Origin: Pristiophorus japonicus | Taxonomy: Eukaryota | Length of the DNA: 64,000 bases | NCBI RefSeq assembly: GCF_044704955.1 | Contig: NC_091999.1 | Span: 11,346,001 to 11,410,000 of the forward strand | Reading direction: 5' to 3' | Shown: in pieces, positions 38,437 to 49,699 of the stretch | Numbering within the stretch: position 1 is the stretch's first letter | Layout of the letters: every line of letters begins with the position of its first letter | Notes under the pieces: model-generated | What the model saw: the letters and a program-made list of their open reading frames with translations, nothing else | Databases searched by the model: none | Told to the model about the DNA's origin: nothing | Translations under genes and position numbers: made by a program

Positions 38437-38759
38437 GCTGCTCCCTCAATGTTTAACTCAGCAGTAAAGGAAATTCCCTGTCGGAGCAGGTAAGTAAATT
38501 GCCGTTCTACCGCACGGCTAATCTAACCAGTACCAAACCGGGAACATCCGTGGCAATCTCTTCAATAGCTTCGGGAATGCAAGTTGATTCAGAGCGAGTG
38601 CACCAAACGGAAGCTGTGGGTGGCGTGGCGGCAGGCAGTTTTGTCAAACGTGTGATCGACCTGTGTGGAACTGTCGTGCTATCCACACTTTCTCTCACAA
38701 TGGTCATTTTCTTCTTTCTTTCAAATAAACCATCCCAAGGAGACAACGCCCAGCGCTTG

Positions 38760-40535
38760 TGACTTGATCTCAAAGATTGGGAGCATTCAATCGGTTGCCT
38801 CTGCCACTTCGCTTCCTTCTCCTAGCCCACCGGCCAAACTTCCTCTGATGTCCCCCCACCCGGCCCTGGCCTTGAACTCGTGTCTCTCCCCAATTGCTCA
38901 CAGACCTCCCCAATAAAACTCTTCAAAATCATCATGTCCATGAGACCCACTCCCTATTCCCTTGACCATATTCCCAACAGACGGCTCACCAGCCAACTTC
39001 CTTTTCTAGCTCCCATGCTAGCTGACATTGTTAATGGTTCACTCTACTCAGGTACTGTAACCATCTCCTTAAATCTGCCGTCATTACACCTCCTTCGTAA
39101 AATACAACCCTTGACCCCACTGTGCTTGCATGCTATCACCCCATTTCCAACCTCCATTGCCTCTCCAAAGTCCATGAACGTGTTGTCGCCTTTCAAATCT
39201 TTCCCAGATCTTCTTATTTGAATCCCTTTAAACTGGTTTCTGCCCCTATCAGAATACAGCCTCTCATGAAAGTCACAAATTATATCTTTTCTGAATATGA
39301 CAATGGTAAACTACCCCTCCTCGTCTTTCTCGATCCGTTTGCAGCCTTTGACAAGGTTGACCACTCCTCCCTCCTCCAATACCTCTCCAGCATCGTTCAG
39401 CTTGTTGGTACTGCAGTCAGCTCGTTCCCCCATTCTTATCTATCTAAGCGTCGGCAGAAAATCACCTACAACAGCTTCTCTTTCCATTACCGCATTGTTA
39501 CCGCTGTTTTGCCCCAAGGATCTATCATTCACCCCCTGCTATTTCTCATCTATATACTGCCCCTTGACGACTTCATCTGAAAACATTGGAACTGAGATGA
39601 CGACACCCAGCTCTACCTCACTACCACATCTCGCGACCAATCCATGGTCTCGAAATTGTCAGTCTTCTTGTCTGACATCCAATAATGGATCAGCAGAAAA
39701 TTTCTCCAATTAAATATTGGACAGACCAAAATCGTTGACTTTGATCCCGTAACAAACTGTGTTTCCTCACCCGCAACTCTATCCCTCTTCCTAGAATCTG
39801 TCTGAGGCTAAAACAGACGGCTCGCAACCTCGGTGTCAAGTTTTACCCTGAAATGGGTTCTCAATCTCATATCCGTGGCATACCTAAAACTGCCTATTTC
39901 CCCCTCTGTCACAATACCCGTCTCTGTCGCTGTCTCAGCAAATCTGCTGCTGAAACCGTCATCCAGATTTTTGTTACCTGTATACTTTATTATTGCAATG
40001 CGCCCCTGGCTGGCCTACCACATGCTACCCTACACAAAATTGTGGTCATCCAAAACTCAGAAGCCAGTGTTTTAACTCGCAACAAGTCCGATTTACCCAT
40101 CACCCGCTGTGCTCGCAGCCCTACATGGCTCCAGGTTTTGCAATGCGTCGATATCTAAATTCTCATCCTCGTTTACAAATCCCTCCATGACTCCCTGTCT
40201 CTGCAATCTCCTTCAGCTTTCCAGACCACCGAGCTGTCCGTGCTCCTCAAATTATACCCTCTTGATCATTCTTGATTATAACTGATCAACCTTTGATGGC
40301 CGTGACTTCAGCTGCCTGGGCCCTAAGCTCTGGAACTCCTCGCTAAACCACTTCGCCTCTCTACCTCTCTTTCATCCTTGAAGACGCTCCTTAAAACCTA
40401 TTTCATTGACGAAGCTTTTGTTCATCTGCCGTAATTTATTTTTATGTAGCTCGGTATCAAAAGTATATGTTTTGTCTCATAACATTGATGTTCAGCGCTT
40501 TGGGACATTTTGCTCCGTAGAGGCGCTTTATAAAT
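38760..40535 (+). mobile_element. L2-like LINE RT/3' remnant
   Basis: YHPISNL, LVFLD..AAFDKVDH and PQGS...PLLFLIY; 3' end TATAAAT...(TTG)n. Confidence 0.8.
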
Positions 40536-42097
40536 GGAAGCTGTTGTTGTTTTTGCTTTCGAATGTGCGAGAGTTTTAATCAGCATCATATTCCAGTGCA
40601 TGACTGCAATAACATATGGCAGAGTGTCAGAAAGTTCATGTATTAAAAATATATCTCACAATATTAAGTTAAAGCAAACTGTTGAAGTAGATCAGCGGAG
40701 AAAGATTTCAATGTGCTACTTATAGTTAAATACTTCCACACACGTTGAAAATTGTGAATGTATGGAATAATTTCATGGATAGAGTGCGAAGAACATAGCC
40801 TGGAATTGTTTAAGTTAATGTTTGAGGCCTCAGTGGGGCTGGGAGTTAGGATAGCTCTGGATGAATAAGTCAAGACCGGTCAAATGGCCCCAACCATTTC
40901 TTTTGATCAAATAAACTGGAACAAGACAACAGTAGTACCTCGTGGTTGCTTGTAGTCACCACCAGAAGAAAATGGGAGTCGGTGTTAACTACTGGTTTCA
41001 GTGTCGGACTATTTAAAGACTGAAAACGATGTTTGCTTACTGTTTTGAAGCAAGAGGATTAATAAATTCGATTCAGAAACAAAGGCATAACTTTGAAATT
41101 GATATATGTGTGTTTATGTTTTATCACTAATGTTTATTGTGATTTATCAATGTTATTATTACTGTTGATATGTTGACAATATTAGCGTGAAAAGTTCACA
41201 ATCCATCTATCTGGGGAAAGAAACGGGTTCAAACTATGAAGGGAGGTTTTAGGACTGGTATCAGGAAATCTCTTTTCGCACTGAGATGTGCCATATGTGG
41301 GATAAACTTTCAGTTAGAATGCGGAGTAAAATATAGTCAGAAGGCGAGAGCACAGATCTCTCTGGGTGACGGAGCTGTCTCTTACAGATGCGAATAGCAC
41401 AGCTTATTTGTTGTCACGTCGTGAACTGCAACTTATCCGGAACTGATGTCATTAAATTGCATTATGTAATTACCATACCTCGCCACCAAGCGGCGGTGTG
41501 AAACGACGAGCAATAGCGGGCGGCCCAGCTTGAGCTCAGAGACTGTGAGAGCGGGTAGCAATGAGTAACATGGAGTGTCGGCTGCCTGTGGTGGGTAAAC
41601 CCCAAGATACAGCTTGTTTCGTTATTTCGAGAGGACGAAGCCCCTCATTTGGTCCTGAATCAGGTATGTGTCTCCTTGTTAAATCTTCTGAGTATAATAG
41701 CCCAGTACGAGGAGTAACCCAACTTCTGTGTACAATTCGTTTAGCCTCCTTTTCATCTGATCCCATAATACTCTGGATTACAGGGATTCACTGCTGATTT
41801 ACTTTCTGATCTGCATGGACGTGAGCTGTGAGGACGAGCTGAAACAGCTCCCTCGTCGAGTAGTTGTTCATGAGGAGAGAATCGTTTCCTTAAGCCGCAC
41901 CACTGCTGCTTTGTTTAACTTCCTGCGCCGGTACAGACAGCACCGAAATCACATCGTCCAATACCTGGTGATTGGTTAAGCGGGTCCGATTAACGTGGGA
42001 GGTTCACTGCTTCAATCCAGAAAAGCAATGAACTCAGTGGCCTTATTGTGAACGATACGCGAGTGAGACCTATCTCTGAACCATGACACCAGACTGT

Positions 42098-42360
42098 CAT
42101 CATCATCATAGGCGGTCCAACAAAACGAGGATGACTTGTTTCCACGTCAAAAATATGGATGAGTTTACAGGTGTTTCAAGAACGACACGAACTATATCCT
42201 CAAGGGTGGAGGATGCCTGTGCGTGGATTTTTTAAACGTGTGGTGGCCGTTACATACTAACCACCACATGGACTTGACAGTGCTAGGTCTTGAATCAGCG
42301 GCAAGAATTACCCAAGATGACTGGAGACCAGCTCTGCTGCATGGACCTAGTAGACACATA
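42098..42360 (-). mobile_element. Interspersed repeat (RTE-related SINE-like), copy 2
   Basis: (CAT)n tail plus a body shared with 24985-25200. Confidence 0.65.
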
Positions 42361-43280
42361 ATATCCGATCAATGGTCATAATAGTGATAATAGCAGGTCA
42401 GTGCTCGAGATGTTCGTATGATTTCGCTGTATATTATTTTAAGGGAGGCGTGGGTTAATGGCAACTATCATTTCTAGTTTATGATAGTCTATGGTTCAGT
42501 TGTGTGATAGTTTAAGGAGAGAGAAATTAAGAAGCAAACTCTCCAAGCGTAAGCTTGTAATAAGACTAAAATAATTCTTACAGGTGCTCAATGTGTGTCA
42601 AGGTTTAAAATCCACCACGGACATAATGGAGCACCTGTTCACAGTGTAACAAACAAGCGGATGTACGGCACAGAAACCTGCACGGAGGGGAACGCAGCTG
42701 TGTTGTGTTTAGTGCAGAGTTACTTAGAGGGCCTCGGTAATAATAATAGAAGTGTCGAGGGACTGAGCACGGAAAAAATAGGAAATATAGAAGAGACAGA
42801 GGCTTAAAAAAATCTGAAATGAAAAGAATTAGAAACACGGATAGAGGAAAACAAAAAGAAGGCACCAAAGAAAGAATGGGGGAGAGAGAAACATCAATGT
42901 AATAACATGTGTAGTGGATGGCAAATTAGGAGAGCAGGAAAATAGAAATGAAAGAAAGTGAGACATTACAAGTGAGAAATACGTATCTGAAAGATAAGTG
43001 CAAGCCATAAAGAAAAATATTCAGAACTAAAGTAACATGCCCTTTTCTTTAAGTTCACTCATATTACCCTTGCAGCTATTTGCACAGTTGACTTGATTGA
43101 CCCACCTCTCCCCAAATCCCGATGCAGGGAACTGCGCTATAGATAAACTCACTTTACTCAACCTGTTATCCTAACACTGTAAAGTTCTCAGAGTCACAGC
43201 CAGAGGACGCAATGGTCACATGTTTCTATATGCAACCAACTGGAAATTATGGGGACAGAGTTTGCGGCAGCCTTGCCTGT

Positions 43281-43291
43281 AGCTTCCGTTT
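43281..43291 (+). promoter_or_regulatory. Conserved ETS-like V promoter motif
   Basis: AGCTTCCGTTT about 120 bp upstream of the ATG; also at ~23860, 38605-38615 and ~55704-55714. Confidence 0.55.
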
Positions 43292-43407
43292 AGTGCTCTC
43301 GTTCCCTCTTTGACATTGGTGGAACAGCAGTGCAGTGGGCGGGGTAATTTACTTCTGCTCCGACAGAAGATTTCCTGCACTGCAGAGTGACAGATGCAGG
43401 GAGCGTC

Positions 43408-43938
43408 ATGACGAACTGTCGTGCACCGCTGCTCATCATTATATCACTTCTCAGTAAGTATTTCCTTCCAAGTAAAAATCTTTTCTCCGCCCGACGGCTT
43501 TAACCCAGGTGTAATTATTGGTGAAATGACGGTGATGATGATTATGTTGATTGCGATGATAATGATGATGTCTATATCTGTTATTTTATGTTAGAATGGA
43601 GCAACCAAGACACAGTCGATCAGACGGTTCCTGCAATGGCAGTTGAAGAGGAAAGTAATGTCACACTGACCTGCACGTTGAAAACAAACGATAATATCCC
43701 ATTTGTTTACTGGTACTTTCACCAAGCCGGGCAACCTCTACAATACGTGTTTAAAACTATTGTAGGGATAGTAACCAGGAGTCGCAGCTTCACTGACAGA
43801 TTCTCTACTACGTTTAATAAAACGACCAAGACTACTGAGCTAACGATCGGCAATACCCTGACCTCCGACACCGCTGTGTATTTCTGTGCCATGAGCTACA
43901 CAATGATGCAGAGATATAGCAGATCCCGTACAAAAACT
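43408..43938 (+). CDS. Apparently intact TCR alpha/delta-type V segment
   Basis: Leader MTNCRAPLLIIISLL (43408-43453, GTAAGT), phase-1 acceptor at 43594, open V exon (DTVDQT...VTLTC...WYFHQAGQP...DTAVYFCAMSY). RSS: CACAATG (43899), 24 bp, ACAAAAACT (43930-43938). Confidence 0.9.
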
Positions 43939-43962
43939 CACACTGAGAGTGCGAGTTCGTGC

Positions 43963-43976
43963 TCAGCAGAGGGCAC
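43963..43976 (+). promoter_or_regulatory. CTCF-like motif 24 bp downstream of the RSS
   Basis: TCAGCAGAGGGCAC. Confidence 0.6.
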
Positions 43977-45181
43977 TTTAACTCCGATTAACAGAAGCAA
44001 TAATTCAGCCTCCACCAGTGAGACAGAGAGAGAGAGAGAGAGAGATCTGTGAGGAACATATGGCTATTAACCTGCTGATGCTCTCTAGCACAAATAATTC
44101 CGAATGAATCTTAAACAACCCGGATTTGGCGAGGTTACCTCGAACACCTTCAACCGGTCAATATAATCCAATATTACAAGCCAAACTTTATATCGTTCTT
44201 CTGCCTTTCTTTTATTCATGTTCTATGTAATATTATAACTTGCAGATATATGTATATATATATATGTATGTATATATATTTATTTGTACACACACACATA
44301 AATATATATATACAAAAAGAGGGAGAGAGAGAGAGAAATTGAGAGAGACACATTCACACAAAGGCATTTTACAAGAGCCCAACACCTACATTAGCCCGCT
44401 ATGCAATGGTACAAATCTTGCGAAGGTTTGCAATTTTCCAGTATGAAATGGAATTTGAAAAAGGGAACTTGATACATACTTGAAAAGGAATAATTTTCAG
44501 GGCAATGGAGAAGGAGCAGTGCCGTGGCAGTAACGGCACGGGCACGATTTGTCAATAGTCTCCTTATATGCTGTAAGATTCCATGTTTCTATGAAACAAG
44601 CTGAGAAGGAAGCACAAGCAGATAACAGTGACCAAGGGGAGCAATTAGCATGTTGTAACTGGCATTGTCTAATTGGTGGTACCGTGGAGCGCATTTTCCT
44701 ATCTTCTCAGTCGCGGTTTGGTACTTCAAAAAGTTCAGTTACTTTCCCTGGTAACGGAATGGCAGCTCAGTACTGTCTATATAAATGCTGTTGCTGCAAG
44801 CAATGAACTAAATAATTAAGGAAGCAGGAAAATTAATCTGTCATCTGAGTGCCGCAAATCGTAAATCATTCCACGAATATTTCCTATGGTCAATCTCTAA
44901 ATGAACCTAAAATACGTTCCTTTTCAAAAGAAGTTGTTGAAAAAAAGGGAAATGACGAGCAGAGGAATCGACAGTGAAACATTTCGGATGCTGCTGCATG
45001 CACGGCGTCAAGGGCAATGATGGTGTAACATTGTTACAAGCGAATGTGAGATATTTGCAGAGTTACTTCCATCGTTATGCCTGTCACAGGGTTAAATAGC
45101 TAAAGCTGGACCGGTTCTACTGGCAGTTTTTTGATGGATTAGTGAAGGGACCAATGCTCATATGGTGAGCCACGGACAGCG

Positions 45182-45655
45182 ATGTGTTTCACTGCTTCTT
45201 TCACTGTGGTGTTGGTACTCTCTCTGCTGTTTAAGTGCATGTGGAATCCGAGTACAAAATCACTAACGGGTCCGGTTAGTGCAGCGGATATTTGTAAATG
45301 TTCAATTCCTCTTCCAGCCAAAAGCATTGGCCGCAATTCCGTGCATCATGAGTATTCGACCAGGTGGAATGAGAAACGGAGACGTTGAATTATAGTTTAA
45401 CAACAACAAATACAATCTCTCAGCTTTTCTGGTACAGGCAGCTTCCTGGCTGGGGCATGGTAAACGTGTTGATTATCACCAAATATCACACTTTCCCAGC
45501 CGACTTCGTCAAGAACCGTTTTAGAGCAGGACTGAGGGCAGAGGAGAACACGGTTCAGCTGAGAGTTCATGAAGAGGATCTGTCACACGCCGCCGTGCAT
45601 TACTGCGCTCAGGACCCACGACTGCACAGCTCCTTGCCCTTCCTGTACAAAAACT
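45182..45655 (+). pseudogene. TCR V pseudogene
   Basis: Leader MCFTASFTVVLVLSLL has a mutated donor (TTAAGT). Frameshifted FR1, FWYRQLPG, HAAVHYCAQD. RSS: CACGACT, 23 bp, ACAAAAACT. Confidence 0.85.
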
Positions 45656-45939
45656 GCAGCACACCGTGTGGGAATAGAATAGTCTGTAGCCACAAGTCCG
45701 ACCTCTGATGGTCTGAATAGGACATTTATTGCCAGGACAGAATAAGGATTGCACTAAACTAGCATACAAATGAGATTCCCCGCTCTGTTTGTGATTTAAT
45801 TAATTTATAGAGAGCAGAGTAAATCTTCCCCTTCCGTGCACCAGCAGAAGGTTAATCAAACCGTATCTTCCGTCAACCATCTCAGTCTGATTAGTGACAG
45901 TGAGTGAAATAAACAGAATAACTGGGAGTGCAGTCAGAG

Positions 45940-46500
45940 CCAGGTCCATGGCATCACGGGTGGATGAGCTGCACAGTGGGAGAGGAAGAAGAATTGAATG
46001 CAATGGTTGTAGGGGATTCGTGAGTTAAGGGAGCAGACAGGCGATTCTGCGGCCACTGACATGACACCAGGAAAGTATGTTGCCTCCCTGGTGCCAGTGG
46101 CAAGAAGGTAACCAAGCGGCTGCAGTGCATTCTGGGGTGGGAGGTGGAATAGCCAGAGGTCGGGTTCCTTATCGGTACCAATGTCATAGGTAGAAAGAAG
46201 GATTTGGTCCTGCAGGCAGAGTTCAGGGAGCTGGGAGAGATATAAAATTGCAGGAGCTTACAGGTAGTAATTTCCGGAATACATCGGATGCCATGTGCTG
46301 GTGAGTACAGAAATAGGACAGAGCCGATGAATGCATGGCTGGAGAGATGCTGCAGAAGGGAGAGCTTTAGATTCCTGAGGCACTGGGTCTGTTTTGGGCG
46401 AGGCAGGACCTGTACAAGCTGACAGGTTGCGGCTCAACGGAGACTGGACCAGCTTGCCAGGGGGATGGCAACCTGTAAATAGATTCAGAAGGGAGAGAAG
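45940..46500 (+). mobile_element. CR1 ORF1 (esterase) fragment
   Basis: VVGDS...RRFCG...CCLPGA; mirror of 52575-53140. Confidence 0.8.
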
Positions 46501-47757
46501 CAACAGAGTTGCTCATAAACCGGTCCCAGTGCAGACGGTGGAAAACGTTAGCTCCAGGAACCGTACTTCAATGGTTCATAGTCGACTGTGGCGGCGACTC
46601 CTTTATTTTCCGGACAGAGATCATTATGGTGGGTGATTCCTCCCAATTAGTGGATTAATTCAAATTTTCTTCCACGGTAATTCTGTCTTCCATTCGGTGA
46701 ACTACTTTTGCCAAGTCAGTGTTGGAAGACATTCAGAAGGAAACTGTGCCAAAACGCTTGTGGACATTAGCCAGCTTTCATTGGTACACGACAAAGCACG
46801 GTTAAAAATTCATGTTGCCAGCACTTTTATCAGCCACGGCAATAGATATAATAAAATTGATAATGACCGTTCTTCTTGGGGCCACTTTCCTTCACTGTCT
46901 CAAGCTTGTAGCTTTCAATTGTTTCGATATTTTGTTTTATAATCTAACTAATGTCTTGCTAACGTGATGATAACATGTCAACATGCCTGCTGGTTAAATA
47001 TAATTGACACGTAACACATTAACCCATTAAATCATCTTGGGTATTACATTATCTAGTTTTTGTAAATGTTTCTTTTCACGGTTTGAACCTCATTATCTCA
47101 CCTTTTCTGATACCATCTATGTTACCCTTTTGTGTTCTGTCAGTCTCTGGTTATCTGTGCCCGGACCTAGAACACACCACCACTGCCCTGCAAGTTATTA
47201 GCTGTTAATGTCTATTCGTCAGATCCTAATCGTGCCCTGAATGATACCCCTAGGACCTGCTTATAATGCAGATTGATAGTTTTAATTTGTGCATGTAAGA
47301 ACATTAGAAATAGGAGAACGAGTAACCCATTTGGCCTATCAAGCATGCTCCTCCATTCAATAAGACAATGGCACATATCTTTAATATTGAGAACTGTTTA
47401 ATAACGTTATTCCAATTATAGGGGTCTTCCCCAACTGACCTACCCCTCTCTACACTCTAACTTGTGTTATATCCGAAGCAGCGATGCAAAATATGACCAG
47501 TTTCAGTAAAGCGCAGGTGTGACTATTCTCAATGGGACTGGCGGTTCTCAAAGATACACAAATAAACAGCAGCCAGTTCTGCCCTCCCACAGTTAATGAG
47601 ATAATCAGAGGGATTCAGTATACGATATGATCGGTTTTATATGAGGTTTACGTGGACTCTGATCGTGATCTGTGCGCACAAGAATGTATTCCCGTGTCAG
47701 TGTCTGACTCGCTCTTACAAACAGCCCGCAACAGTCAGAAGCTGTGACCCAGAAAAC

Positions 47758-48110
47758 TCTGTTGTTACGAGGCTTTAGCTCCTTCCCATCTCTGTGGGAC
47801 TCAGTTGCATAGTTAAACACCGTATTAATGCGGCGTTAGTTAACTGCAGCCCCTGAGATAATCAATCGATACACCTTGTCTAACGGCTTGCCTGCAGCAA
47901 AAAACCGGCCACGACCGAAATCCGCCTGATATTCAGCACTGCCACTTGTGTACGTCCAGACTGCAAACTCGGGCTGTCTGCCTGCGTATTGGTGGTACCA
48001 GAATAAGTAATAATCATTGCTGGGATGGGTAAAGTTTATAGTCGCATCTGCTCACTCTTTCTGTGTGAGCAAGGACTCCGACTGAGTAACAGAATCGCCA
48101 AAACTCAGAT
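47758..48110 (-). pseudogene. TCR V pseudogene
   Basis: Exon reads DLSFGDSVTQSES...YYLFWYHQYAGRQPEF...RFFA, with a stop and a frameshift. RSS: CACAGAG, 23 bp, degenerate nonamer. Confidence 0.8.
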
Positions 48111-48324
48111 CTGGAAAGCATGGTTGAAGAAAGAGAAAATTATCGAGTAAAGATTAAAACTTAACCGAACTGACGGTGAAAATGCGCAATGAATTTTCCA
48201 TGTAAATTAACGTGAATTTACAGCACAGCAATAGGTCATTCCGCCAACTAGTCCATGACCATCTGTATAGTCCACAGGAGCCTCATCTCAAGACTGTTCA
48301 TCCAACGCTATCAGCAACCTTAGG

Positions 48325-48690
48325 CTGACAATCCTGTGCAGTGGGGAGTGAATGCTGCACTGTCGGAGGTACTTTCTTTCCTTTAAACCGCGACCGTGTC
48401 TGCCCTCTCAGGTCGACCTAAAATATCTAATGGCCATATTTTGGAAGAAGAGCATGGGAGTTATCCCCACTGTATTGGCCAATATCTATCCCTGAATCAC
48501 CAAACAAAAAACAGTTTATCTGGTCATTTTCACATCGCTGTTCTTGGGAGTTTGCTGTGCACAAATTGGGTGCCGCATTTTGCACATTACAACAGTGACT
48601 TCATTCCAAATGTGCTCCTTTGGCTGCAAAAGCCTTTAAGACGTCCGGTGGACGCGAAAAGCGCTGGATAAATGCAAGCCTTTCTTTCTT
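48325..48690 (+). mobile_element. Deu-domain SINE (SacSINE1/AmnSINE-type), 5'-truncated
   Basis: GCTGCACTGTCGGAGGT...TCTGCCCTCTCAGGT...GAAGAAGAGCA.GGGAGTT core recalled as the Deu domain; (TTTC) tail. Inserted in a minus-strand CR1 3' end. Confidence 0.7.
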
Positions 48691-49699
48691 TGTTTTTATT
48701 GCTGTCTCTCGCATGTGCTTAACTAGCTTTCTCTGAAATGCATCGATGTTATTCGCCTCAACTGTTGCGTGTTTTACCCGGATCCAGTTTCTCTCCACTC
48801 TCTTTGGTAAAGAAGTTTCTCACGAATTTCTTATTGCATTGATTTGTCACTATCTTATACTTATGACTCGAGTTTTGTAATCCCCCAAGTGGGAATATCT
48901 TCTCTATGTATACCTTTCAAAAACGTACATAATTTTAAAGATCAGTTCACCTCTCGGTCTTCAATGTTTAGAGCAAGGAGCCCCAGCTTGTTCAATCCTT
49001 TCTGAAACTTCCTGAAACTTACAATCTCTCATTTTTGGCATAACCCTTGTAATTTTTCACACCACGTCATTGCCCCTATATCCTTTTTATTAACATGAGA
49101 CTAGAACTGTACAATGTTCTCCAAGTGTGGTTTAACCAAGGGTCGATACAAGTTTTAATAACTTCCCTGGCTTTCAAATGTAGTTTACATGTGGAATTAA
49201 AAGTTTGAACCTTCTTACCGAAAATGAATGTCACATATACCACGGCTAGAACAGAGACCCGCAGTGCTGCTGCTCCGAAATTGGAGGGACATTTTGTCTC
49301 AGAAAACTGCAGAACATCAAAAATAAAGAGCTGGGAATGCTGGCTGGGCTGATCTGGACTCACTTCCTGCAGACTGTCAAACAGAAAGAGCTGAGATCTC
49401 GGGCTGAGGCTGCTCTGATGTAACTTCCTCAACCACAGGTAAGTGTTTATTGGGAACTATATTATACACTGACGCCATATCCTGCTGATCAGAGCGATAA
49501 TTACTAATAAAAAGAGTATCCTGCGTCCCTACTTGACCAGAGCGAGAGTTTAATGCCTAATTGACCGCAGAAACAATTACATCTCTAATTGACCCGAGAC
49601 ACAACTTCAGCTGTAATTTATCTGATAGAGAGGTTTTTTTCTCAAATTGTCATGCAAAAACTAGTCCCAAATGAAATAACACGATTTGAATATAGATTG

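Larger units (their letters stand above)
35101..46500. repeat. Left arm of the large inverted duplication
   Basis: Reverse-complement colinear with 52575-62935, sharing V genes, the L2, the SINE, microsatellites and a deletion in CR1 ORF1. Confidence 0.9.

Noticed and set aside
43588-43900. V beginning TVDQT as a VNAR/NAR-TCR domain
   Set aside because: The Trp41-Cys104 distance is full length (no CDR2 deletion) and it has its own leader. No D-J unit or leaderless supporting V is nearby.
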